DNA from: Candidatus Latescibacterota bacterium
GTDB taxonomy: Bacteria; Latescibacterota; UBA2968; UBA8231
Length of the DNA: 64,000 bases
Assembly (NCBI GenBank): GCA_965242865.1
Contig: CBDETK010000013.1
Location: 2,752,001-2,816,000 of the forward strand
Direction: 5' to 3'
Positions within the stretch are counted from its first letter, which is position 1, and every line of letters starts with the position of its first letter. Both the position numbers and the translations under genes were made by a program. Under the pieces are notes generated by a model. It searched no databases and was not told where the DNA came from. It saw only the letters and a list, made by a program, of their open reading frames with translations. This document shows, one piece after another, positions 47,754 through 56,096 of the stretch.

Positions 47754-48284
47754 ATGTCGAGCAAGGGTGAACGACCCGATTGGAACGAGTATTACATGCG
47801 CATCGCCATGGCGGTCCGGGTGCGCGCCAACTGCACGGGCAACCGCATTGGAGCCATCTTGGTGCAGAACGACCGGATCATTTCGACCGGCTACAACGGC
47901 ACTCCGCACAACATGGTCAACTGCCTCGACGGCGGGTGCGACCGCTGTGCTCGCCGCGACCTGTACCCTTCGGGCAAGGACTACGATTTGTGCATCTGCG
48001 TCCACGCCGAGCAAAACGCCCTGCTGTCGGCGGCCCGGTTTGGCATCGCGACCGAAGGAGCGGTGATGTACTCGACGATGCGCCCTTGCTTTGGCTGCGC
48101 CAAAGAAATCCTCCAAGCCAAAATTCACGCGGTGTATTATCTACACGATTGGATTTATCCCGACGCCGAGCGGCAGGCCAGCTACGCTGAGCTATTGTCG
48201 TTTATTCCCGGGGGCGTGTGGCCCGTGGCGATGGACGACTCGGACGCGACTTGGGCCGTCTCCAACTTGCGCCAAGACGGGTGA
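47754..48284 (+). CDS. dCMP deaminase (ComEB-like)
   Basis: RPDWNEYYM, TGYNG, HAEQNA and PCFGC motifs. Confidence 0.92.
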   Translation: MSSKGERPDWNEYYMRIAMAVRVRANCTGNRIGAILVQNDRIISTGYNGTPHNMVNCLDGGCDRCARRDLYPSGKDYDLCICVHAEQNALLSAARFGIATEGAVMYSTMRPCFGCAKEILQAKIHAVYYLHDWIYPDAERQASYAELLSFIPGGVWPVAMDDSDATWAVSNLRQDG

Positions 48285-48360
48285 GGATGCGGCTCGTCAA
48301 TCCGTTAATCCGCTGGCCGCGGCCATACCCCGATAATTGCTTGAAACCAGCAATCCAAAT

Positions 48361-48825
48361 ATGAAAGCACGTATCTACAGCGACACCTCCGTGATTGGAG
48401 GGTGCGAGGACGATGAGTGGCGCGAGCATTCCATTCGATTGATGGCGTGCTTTGTCAAGGGGGACTATGTGCTGGTGCTCTCTGATCTCACCATTCAAGA
48501 ACTTGCAGCAGCCCCGAATGAAGTGCATGCTCACCTTGCTACGGTGCCGGAGGAACACATCGAGGTTCTTCGTCTCGGCACGGAGTCACAGGAACTCGCA
48601 GACGCCTATATATCCGAAGGGATCATCAGCAGGCGTATGCGGGCAGACGCTCAACACATCGCCATGGCCACTGTTGCCCGCGTGAACGTGCTTGTGAGTT
48701 GGAACTTCCAACACATCGTGAATCTGCATCGGATCCATGGCTACAATTCCGTGAATCTCCGTCGTGGCTACTTGACCCTCGAAATTCGCTCTCCGCGAGA
48801 GGTTTTAAGAGATATATATGACTGA
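48361..48825 (+). CDS. PIN-domain protein (toxin)
   Basis: IYSDTSVIG, E, DAQHIAMA and SWNFQHIVN motifs. Confidence 0.88.
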   Translation: MKARIYSDTSVIGGCEDDEWREHSIRLMACFVKGDYVLVLSDLTIQELAAAPNEVHAHLATVPEEHIEVLRLGTESQELADAYISEGIISRRMRADAQHIAMATVARVNVLVSWNFQHIVNLHRIHGYNSVNLRRGYLTLEIRSPREVLRDIYD

Positions 48826-49030
48826 TAAAAAGAAAAAATTCGATTCCGTTGAGATGATGCGCTCGATTCGGGCCAAACTTTCGGTTCAGATCGAAGGGAT
48901 GACACGCGAAGAGGAACTCAATTGGCTCGCATCGCAGGAACTCAAAGATCCATTCTTGGAGCGTCTCCGCAGGAAGGCGGCCCAACAAAGTACGGCGGCG
49001 GGCCAAACTCTCCGCGGCGCAGGCGCGTGA
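48818..49030 (+). CDS. Small protein, putative antitoxin downstream of the PIN gene
   Basis: KKFDSVEMMRSIR motif typical of genes following this PIN subfamily; overlapping start. Confidence 0.7.
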   Translation: MTDKKKKFDSVEMMRSIRAKLSVQIEGMTREEELNWLASQELKDPFLERLRRKAAQQSTAAGQTLRGAGA

Positions 49031-49054
49031 GGCCGCGGCCATACCCCGATAATC

Positions 49055-50116
49055 ATGCCCACCTTTTCCATTGAACACTTGCGCCAAGTCGGCGCAGCCA
49101 TCTTCGCGGCAGCCGGTGCGCCCCCCGCAGCGGCCGAGGTCGTCGCCGAGCTGCTGGCCGATGCCAATGCCGTGGGGCACGACTCGCACGGCGTCATCCG
49201 AATCCCCCAATACATAAGCACCATTGAAAAGGGCGAGATCGTTCCCCACGCCGAGGTTGAAGTGGTGCGCCAGACGGCCGCGGCGGCCGTGCTCGACGGG
49301 CACTGGGGGTTTGGCCAAGTCGTGATGAACCAAGCGGTGGAGATGGGTTTGGAACGCGCCAGCCACTGCGGGGTCGCGGCCATAACCGTCAAAAACTCCA
49401 ACCACATCGGGCGGCTCGGCAGCTATGTGGAGCGCGTCGCCACGGCGAACATGATCGGCCTGCTCTGCGCCAACTCGCACGGCGGCGGGGCCAGCGTGGC
49501 TCCTTGGGGCGGCATCGCCGGGCGCTTGGGCACCAACCCGCTGGCCGGCGGCTGGCCAGACGGAGAGGGCGGAGCGCTCGTGCTGGACATCACGACCAGC
49601 GTGGTGGCCGAGGGCAAGGTGCGAGTCAAGCGCAATCGCGGCGAGCCGGTCCCCGAGGGATGGATCATCGACGCGGCCGGCCAGCCATCGACCGATCCCG
49701 CGGATTTTTACGACGAGCCGCGTGGCAGCCTCTTGCCCTTTGGCGGCGTCATGGGCCACAGGGGCTACGGGCTCGGAGTCGTGGTGGAGTTGTTGGGCGG
49801 GGCGCTGAGTGGGGCGGGTTGTGCGCGGGGCCGGAAGGCGCGGATCGGCAACGGCTGCTTTTTGCTGGTCATCGACATTGGGCACTTTCAGCCGCTAGCC
49901 GAGTACGCGGCCCAAGTGCGGGCGTTCGCGGCCTATCTGCGGGCCTCGCCCAAGGCCGCTGGCGTGGCCGCCATCCTGCTGCCCGGAGAGTTGGAAAAGC
50001 GCGCACGGCAGCAGCGGCAGGCCGGGGTGGTCGTCGAGGAAGAGACTTGGCGGCAAATCCTAGATTGCGCCCAGCGAGTGGGTGCTACCCTACCGAGTAT
50101 CAAGGAGCTTACCTAA
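49055..50116 (+). CDS. Ldh_2 family oxidoreductase (malate/L-lactate/ureidoglycolate dehydrogenase-like)
   Basis: GHDSHG, HIGRLG, GTNP, LDITTS and LPGE motifs. Confidence 0.92.
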   Translation: MPTFSIEHLRQVGAAIFAAAGAPPAAAEVVAELLADANAVGHDSHGVIRIPQYISTIEKGEIVPHAEVEVVRQTAAAAVLDGHWGFGQVVMNQAVEMGLERASHCGVAAITVKNSNHIGRLGSYVERVATANMIGLLCANSHGGGASVAPWGGIAGRLGTNPLAGGWPDGEGGALVLDITTSVVAEGKVRVKRNRGEPVPEGWIIDAAGQPSTDPADFYDEPRGSLLPFGGVMGHRGYGLGVVVELLGGALSGAGCARGRKARIGNGCFLLVIDIGHFQPLAEYAAQVRAFAAYLRASPKAAGVAAILLPGELEKRARQQRQAGVVVEEETWRQILDCAQRVGATLPSIKELT

Positions 50117-50145
50117 GTACACGACACTAGCGGCCCGCCTTCCAA

Positions 50146-50172
50146 GGATCGAGGGCGGGACACCCTCGATCC
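50146..50172. repeat. REP-like hairpin GGATCGAGGG-CGGGACA-CCCTCGATCC
   Basis: Perfect 10-bp stem; related degenerate palindromes at about 38014-38053. Confidence 0.6.
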
Positions 50173-50357
50173 CAGGCGCATCGGGAACGACAGCAATTGT
50201 TAAAGCCTGACATCCGCCAGCGAACTCAAGCTACTCAACCGCAACGCCGATCCGACTTCAGCCTTTCATCTTGCTCGCCGTGCCCCCTTCCCCTAAACTG
50301 TCATTCGACAATTGGACGCGCCCTTAACCGACAATCAGCCGCTAATCCAACCGACAA

Positions 50358-51605
50358 ATGGACGCTGACCGATCCCTGTTTCCCCGCTCGCTGGCCCCCG
50401 TCCTCCGCGAGGCTTTGGCCGATACGCCGGTGGTCTGTCTGCTCGGACCGCGGCAAAGTGGGAAAACTACGCTCGTTCAGCAACTCGCGCCGGACCGTGC
50501 ATTCGTCAGCTTGGACGAGCACAATTACTACCAGACCGCCGGTGCCGACCCAGACGGGTTCGTCGCCAGTCTGCCGGAGGCGGTGACCGTGGACGAAGTG
50601 CAACGGGTGCCGGTGCTGCTCTCGGCTATCAAGTGCGCTGTGGATCGGGACCGCCGGCCCGGGCGTTTCCTGCTGACCGGCTCGGCCAATCTACTGCTGG
50701 TGCCGACCGTTACCGAATCGTTGGCGGGACGGATGGAAATGGCGCAGTTGTACCCATTGACCGAATCAGAAAAAGCGCGTCAGCCCGGGTGCTTCCTCCG
50801 CGACTTGTTGAGCGGTGCGCTCAAACCGGGTATCCGGCCCGAAGCGGAGCCTGCTGGTCTATCGCTGGCCGAGCGATTGGTAGCTGGCGGCTATCCCGAG
50901 CCGTTGACCCGGACGTCCAGCCGCGCCCGGCAATGGCACCGGCAGTATCTCCGCAGCATCGTCGAGCGGGATGTGCAAGATGTGGCGCGGGTGAGGGATG
51001 CGCACGAATTGGCTCGCTTGCTCGAACTGCTGGCCCAGCGCAACGCCGCACTATTGAACACCTGCAATCTGGCCAACAGCCTCGGCCTGCACCGGGCGAC
51101 CGTAGAACACTACATCGCTGTACTCGAGCGGCTCTTTCTGGTGCGACGCTTGCCCGCGTGGCACCGCAATCCGGCCAAGCGACTCGTCAAAACACCGAAG
51201 ATCCATCTACTCGATAGCGGGCTGGCGGCGACCCTCGCCGATCTGACTGCGGCCGATTGGCTCGACCATCGGGACCGCATGGGGCATCTACTGGAGTCTT
51301 TTGTGGTGCAGCAACTCATGGCCCAAGCCACGTGGACAGAGCCGGATTTGCGTTTCTGGCACTATCGCGACAAGGATCGGGTGGAGGTCGATGTAGTGCT
51401 TACTCGGGGTCGGAAGACTTGGGGTATTGAGGTCAAAGCCGCCGGGGCACTCGCCGCCAAAGATGGGCGAGGGCTTGTGCGGCTGGCCGATCGCTGTGGC
51501 CGAGATTTCGAGTCCGGGGTGCTGCTCTACGCCGGCCGTGACCGACTCCCGTTGGCCGACGAGCGCATACTCGCCGTGCCGCTGAGCGAGTTGTGGGAGC
51601 GGTAG
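50358..51605 (+). CDS. AAA_14 ATPase with DUF4143 and C-terminal PD-(D/E)xK-like domain
   Basis: GPRQSGKT, DEVQ, LTGS, GGYP, DSG and EVD...IEVK motifs. Confidence 0.92.
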   Translation: MDADRSLFPRSLAPVLREALADTPVVCLLGPRQSGKTTLVQQLAPDRAFVSLDEHNYYQTAGADPDGFVASLPEAVTVDEVQRVPVLLSAIKCAVDRDRRPGRFLLTGSANLLLVPTVTESLAGRMEMAQLYPLTESEKARQPGCFLRDLLSGALKPGIRPEAEPAGLSLAERLVAGGYPEPLTRTSSRARQWHRQYLRSIVERDVQDVARVRDAHELARLLELLAQRNAALLNTCNLANSLGLHRATVEHYIAVLERLFLVRRLPAWHRNPAKRLVKTPKIHLLDSGLAATLADLTAADWLDHRDRMGHLLESFVVQQLMAQATWTEPDLRFWHYRDKDRVEVDVVLTRGRKTWGIEVKAAGALAAKDGRGLVRLADRCGRDFESGVLLYAGRDRLPLADERILAVPLSELWER

Positions 51606-51750
51606 GGCACGAACCGGCGGGTCTTTGTACATTCTATGAGGCAGGCGATCGGCGCGTGGCCGCCCGCTGCCTAGACTGCACGGCACTGCGGAGATTGAGA
51701 ACCGACAAAAGAGATGGGAACGCTCAGGTGCTAGAGAGAGGTATCACTCC

Positions 51751-53133
51751 ATGGACGAGATAACACTCAAGAACTTCCGCTGCTTCCGCGAAGAGCAGAC
51801 CGCCCGCCTCGCGCCGCTGACGCTACTCGTTGGCGAAAATAGTACGGGCAAGACTTCTTTCATGGCGATGATTCGGGCACTGTGGGATGTCGCCTATGGG
51901 CGTCAGGCACCGGATTTTAAGAAAGCTCCTTACGATCTGGGTAGTTTCGACGAAATTGCCCACTACCGAGGGGGCAGGGGAGGCAGGGCCGAGACCTTTG
52001 AGGCTGGGTTTAAGGTCGCCCCAAGATCTGTGCGCCGGAAAAGACGACACACCACCCCTAACAACCAACCCTATCTTTTTGAGATGACTTTCAAGAAAAA
52101 GGGGACCGTACCTATCCCTGTGAATATGCGGCTTTCTAACCAAGATGCTTGGGTCGAGAGCCTGTTTGAAGATCAGTCTTGGCAGATCAGTTTCGGAACA
52201 TCCAGAGGGGTTTGGAAGTCTCCCGATGGCTTCCGAGACCGATTAGATGCCGATCTCGACCTGAACCACCCGATATGGCTCTTTTACTACTATCTAATAG
52301 ATCGGAAGATGGTTGGAAATCAAGAAAGTGAAACAGCCCCAATCACATTTCAAGATTCTGAGTTGCTTACTGATAAAGATTGGGAACTAATCAACCAACT
52401 TATTAGGGTTCACAGACAGAGGAATTTTGAATATCATAGACGGCAGCCATACGCTAGTGCTCCGGTCCGCTCCAAGCCGCGCAGAACCTATGATCCCGCT
52501 CGTTGGTCACCGGATTCTGAGGGCGAATACGTTCCCATGTATCTCGCCGACTTGTACTTCCAAGACCAGCGCAGTTGGACAGAAATGAAAAAGGCTCTAG
52601 AGAGCTTTGGGCAAGCTGCTGGTCTCTTTGATAAAATCTCCATTAAACCGCTGGGGAGAAGGTCCAGTGAACCTTTTCAAGTGCAGGTCAGGAAATTCGA
52701 TGGCGGATTAAAAGGTCCACAGCGCAACCTGATCGACGTCGGCTATGGCGTCAGCCAGATGTTGCCCGTAATAACCGATCTGTTGCGTCATAATGCACCA
52801 CCTATGTTTCTGTTACAGCAGCCAGAAGTGCATCTTCACCCTAGTGCTCAGGCGGCTCTCGGCAGCTTGTTTTGCGAAGTTGCCAATCCGGGTCGGCAAT
52901 TGATAATCGAGACCCACAGCGACCACTTGCTCGACCGGGTGCGGATGGACGTGCGCGACGGCACAACGCCGTTGAAACCCGACGATGTGTCCATTCTGTT
53001 CTTTGAGCGCGGCGGTCTGGATGTGCATATTCACTTGCTCCAAATCGACGAAGAGGGAAACATCTTGGACGCACCCGATGGCTACCGACAGTTCTTCATG
53101 GAAGAAACGGCGAGGTCTTTATGGAAGAGATAG
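51751..53133 (+). CDS. ABC-type AAA_15 ATPase with DUF3696-like C-terminus
   Basis: GENSTGKT, DVGYGVSQ, QQPEVHLHP and ETHS motifs. Confidence 0.88.
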   Translation: MDEITLKNFRCFREEQTARLAPLTLLVGENSTGKTSFMAMIRALWDVAYGRQAPDFKKAPYDLGSFDEIAHYRGGRGGRAETFEAGFKVAPRSVRRKRRHTTPNNQPYLFEMTFKKKGTVPIPVNMRLSNQDAWVESLFEDQSWQISFGTSRGVWKSPDGFRDRLDADLDLNHPIWLFYYYLIDRKMVGNQESETAPITFQDSELLTDKDWELINQLIRVHRQRNFEYHRRQPYASAPVRSKPRRTYDPARWSPDSEGEYVPMYLADLYFQDQRSWTEMKKALESFGQAAGLFDKISIKPLGRRSSEPFQVQVRKFDGGLKGPQRNLIDVGYGVSQMLPVITDLLRHNAPPMFLLQQPEVHLHPSAQAALGSLFCEVANPGRQLIIETHSDHLLDRVRMDVRDGTTPLKPDDVSILFFERGGLDVHIHLLQIDEEGNILDAPDGYRQFFMEETARSLWKR

Positions 53134-53151
53134 TCTATAGGAACCTGAAGA

Positions 53152-53619
53152 ATGTGTGCCATTGTTGACGCCAACGTCGCATCTGAGGTATTTGGTTCTA
53201 AGCCACCGCCAGCAGGAGAGAAGTTCTTTGAATGGCTCAACAAAGGAAATGGCCGGTTGGTGGTCGGCGGCAAGCTGCTTGAGGAACTTGAAAAGAGTTT
53301 GGCGGATTTCAGACGCTGGGGACAGCAGGCTCAGATTGCTGGAAGAATGAGAGTCGTAAATAAAAGAGAAGTTGACGCAAGGACGGAGCAGATCCAGCGT
53401 GAGGATGCAATCAGTTCCGATGATCCACATGTCATTGCCTTGGCTCAAGTCAGCGGAGCCCGGCTGTTGTACTCGAATGATGGCGACTTACAGAAGGATT
53501 TCAGAAACGGAGAACTGATTGACGATCCCCGCGGTAAAGTTTATTCGACACGTAGGAATAAGAGCTTCCAGCACAGTCACGACAAGCTGCTAAAAAACAA
53601 AAAGTTATGCCGTCGATGA
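53152..53619 (+). CDS. PIN-like domain protein
   Basis: IVDANV, SDDPHVIALA and LYSNDGDL acidic residues. Confidence 0.75.
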   Translation: MCAIVDANVASEVFGSKPPPAGEKFFEWLNKGNGRLVVGGKLLEELEKSLADFRRWGQQAQIAGRMRVVNKREVDARTEQIQREDAISSDDPHVIALAQVSGARLLYSNDGDLQKDFRNGELIDDPRGKVYSTRRNKSFQHSHDKLLKNKKLCRR

Positions 53620-53668
53620 TTTGGGGCTAAAGCCCTACGCTGCTATAGCCATCCTACATCATTCAAGA

Positions 53669-53695
53669 CTGGATTCCCGCTTTCGCGGGAATGAC
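53669..53695. repeat. REP-like palindrome CTGGATTCCCGCTTTCGCGGGAATGAC
   Basis: ATTCCCGC-TTTC-GCGGGAAT stem-loop. Confidence 0.75.
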
Positions 53696-53773
53696 GCCTC
53701 GTAAGCAAAAAACAGTGCCGATGAACGTTCCATGCTTTCAAGTCACTTAGGACTGTTATAGGACACGAAAATT

Positions 53774-55777
53774 ATGCAAAAACTCATTGCTAACGACCCA
53801 GAGACGCGCTCGGCGGACATGGTGGCTGATAACATCAAACACCTGAAGACCCTGTTTCCCGAAGCCGTTGCCGAGGACAAGATCGACTTCGAGGTGCTCA
53901 GGCAGCTGCTGGGCGGCGAGATCGCCGATCGCGAGGAGAAGTACGGCCTCAACTGGCACGGCAAGTGCCGGGCGCGGCAGCTTGCTCTGACGCCTTCGAC
54001 CGGCACTCTGCGCCCCTGCCCGGAGGAAAGCGTCGATTGGGAAACGACGCAAAACCTGATGATCGAGGGCGACAACCTAGAGGTGCTCAAGCTGTTGCAG
54101 AAGAGCTACGCTGGGAAGGTGAAGCTGATTTACATTGACCCGCCGTACAACACGGGGAAGGACTTCGTCTATCCCGACGACTACCGGGATAGCATGCGGA
54201 ATTATCAGAAGTTGACGGGACAGACCGGCGACGATAACCGAAAGTTGTCGTCGAATACGGAGGCATCGGGACGGTTCCACACGGACTGGCTGAACATGAT
54301 GTATCCACGGCTGAAGTTGGCGCGGAATCTACTGACATCCGATGGAGCTATTTTCGCATCAATAGACGAAATGGAGCATACGCGCCTTCGAGTAGCAATG
54401 GACGAAATTTTCGGTCAAGAGAACTTTGTTGCCGACATGGTGTGGGCAGCAGGCCGCAAGAATGATTCAAAGCTTATCTCCGTATCTCACGAATATATCG
54501 TTTGTTACGTGCGCGATCATGGACACCTGCGCGAGCAAAAAATTTTGTGGAGACAGCGAAAAAAAGGACTCGAAGATATATACGCGCAATACAAAAAAAT
54601 CAATAGACAATACGGCGATGACTTTGCGGCAATGACCAAGGCATTGAAGCGGTGGTATAGGGACCTGCCTGATAGTCATCCGGCAAAGGCACACAAACAC
54701 TATTCTCAGGTTGACAGGCGAGGTATTTACTTTCGTGACAATATCTCATGGCCAGGTGGTGGAGGCCCGAAATACGAAGTTCTGCACCCCGTTACAAAAA
54801 AACCTGTAATGGTTCCATCGCGAGGTTGGATGACGAGTGACCCTATAAAAATGAAAAACTGGATCGATGAAGACCTCGTCCACTTTGGACGAGACGAAAC
54901 AGGTGTGCCCTGTATCAAATCGTACCTTGTGGACAGAGAATATCAAGTGCCGTATAGTGTTTTCTACCAAGATGGAAGATCCGCTTTTAAGCGACTGCGT
55001 TCCTTGATGGGAGCACCCTGTTTTGATCACCCTAAAGATGAAAATATGCTTCAAGAAATCGTCGGCATGATGACTTCCAAAGACGACATTTGCTTAGACT
55101 GCTTTGCCGGTTCAGGTACGTTCTACCATTCCGTCACGGCTCAGAACGCCTTGGATGGAGGGAAGCGACGTTGTTTATTGGTCCAACTCCCGGAACGCCT
55201 CGATCCAAGTATTAAGGAGCAGAAAATTGCCGCAGAATACTGTGATTCCATTGGTAAGCCCCGCACCATAGCGGAGTTGACGAAAGAGCGTCTTCGCCGT
55301 ACGGGAAGCAAGATCAAGGAAGCGAATCCGCAATTCACGGGCGACCTCGGCTTCCGCGTCTTCAAACTGGGCACGTCCAACATCCACGCTTGGGAGCCGG
55401 ATGGCGACGACCTAAAACAGACGCTACTCGACAGCATCGACCACATCAAATCGGATCGAACCCAAGACGACATCCTCTACGAGTTGCTACTCAAGCTCGG
55501 CCTCGACTTGTGCGTCCCCGTCGAGACCCGGACCATCGCGGGCAAGGCCGTGCGTTCCATCGGGGCCGGCACGTTGATCTCCTGCCTCGACGAGCACATC
55601 GCCCGCAAGGAAGTCGATTCGCTGGCCCTCGGCATGGCTGATTGGCACAAGCAACTCGAACCTACGGGCGACGCCACGGTGATTTTCCGCGACAGTGCCT
55701 TTGAGGACGATGTGGCTAAGACGAACTTGGCGGCCATTCTGGAGCAGCACGGTCTCGGCAACGTGCGGAGTCTATAA
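53774..55777 (+). CDS. mod: Type III R-M methyltransferase Mod, copy 1
   Basis: EGDNLEVLK, IYIDPPY, WLNMMYPRL, HPK and FAGSGT (beta-class order). Confidence 0.93.
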   Translation: MQKLIANDPETRSADMVADNIKHLKTLFPEAVAEDKIDFEVLRQLLGGEIADREEKYGLNWHGKCRARQLALTPSTGTLRPCPEESVDWETTQNLMIEGDNLEVLKLLQKSYAGKVKLIYIDPPYNTGKDFVYPDDYRDSMRNYQKLTGQTGDDNRKLSSNTEASGRFHTDWLNMMYPRLKLARNLLTSDGAIFASIDEMEHTRLRVAMDEIFGQENFVADMVWAAGRKNDSKLISVSHEYIVCYVRDHGHLREQKILWRQRKKGLEDIYAQYKKINRQYGDDFAAMTKALKRWYRDLPDSHPAKAHKHYSQVDRRGIYFRDNISWPGGGGPKYEVLHPVTKKPVMVPSRGWMTSDPIKMKNWIDEDLVHFGRDETGVPCIKSYLVDREYQVPYSVFYQDGRSAFKRLRSLMGAPCFDHPKDENMLQEIVGMMTSKDDICLDCFAGSGTFYHSVTAQNALDGGKRRCLLVQLPERLDPSIKEQKIAAEYCDSIGKPRTIAELTKERLRRTGSKIKEANPQFTGDLGFRVFKLGTSNIHAWEPDGDDLKQTLLDSIDHIKSDRTQDDILYELLLKLGLDLCVPVETRTIAGKAVRSIGAGTLISCLDEHIARKEVDSLALGMADWHKQLEPTGDATVIFRDSAFEDDVAKTNLAAILEQHGLGNVRSL

Positions 55778-55856
55778 ACACCGCTAAAGTTGATGGTTCG
55801 CCATCCCATTCCCTTCTGATGAGGGGCGAATGACGAAAAGGTAAGGAGATAGGACG

Positions 55857-56096
55857 ATGCCTAATGACAGAGCATGGAACGAGACGCTGATTGAAAGAAA
55901 CGTGACGTACCATATTGAGTTCGATGGGCGGCTCTTCCTCATTGAAAACGTCCCGGCACGAGTCAATGTCGAGACGGGTGAAAGGCATTTCTCACCGGAG
56001 ACCGTTGAGCACTTGCAGCAAGCGGTGTGGGACCAATGCCGCCCCGTTCGCACCATTGAGACGCCGGTTTATGATTATGCAAAAACTCATTGCTAA
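55857..56096 (+). CDS. YgiT-type zinc-finger-like protein lacking the Cys ligands
   Basis: IENVPARV..ETGE..FSPETV motif; TAAGGAG RBS; 3' end overlaps the mod2 start. Confidence 0.8.
   Translation: MPNDRAWNETLIERNVTYHIEFDGRLFLIENVPARVNVETGERHFSPETVEHLQQAVWDQCRPVRTIETPVYDYAKTHC

Larger units (their letters stand above)
48315..49053. mobile_element. Toxin-antitoxin mini-cassette flanked by 23-bp perfect direct repeats
   Basis: GGCCGCGGCCATACCCCGATAAT at 48315-48337 and 49031-49053. Confidence 0.75.

Noticed and set aside
46214-47770. 518-aa plus-strand ORF
   Set aside because: Antisense shadow of the enolase-superfamily gene; no recognisable motifs. Long shadow ORFs are expected at high GC.
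47754-48284. dCMP deaminase as an anti-phage dCTP deaminase
   Set aside because: Lacks the N-terminal kinase-like domain, has host-like GC and lies outside the repeat-bounded cassette; likely housekeeping.
55915-56076. N-terminal extension of mod2 in the ORF track
   Set aside because: Overlaps the YgiT-like gene; homology with mod1 begins at ATG 56077.
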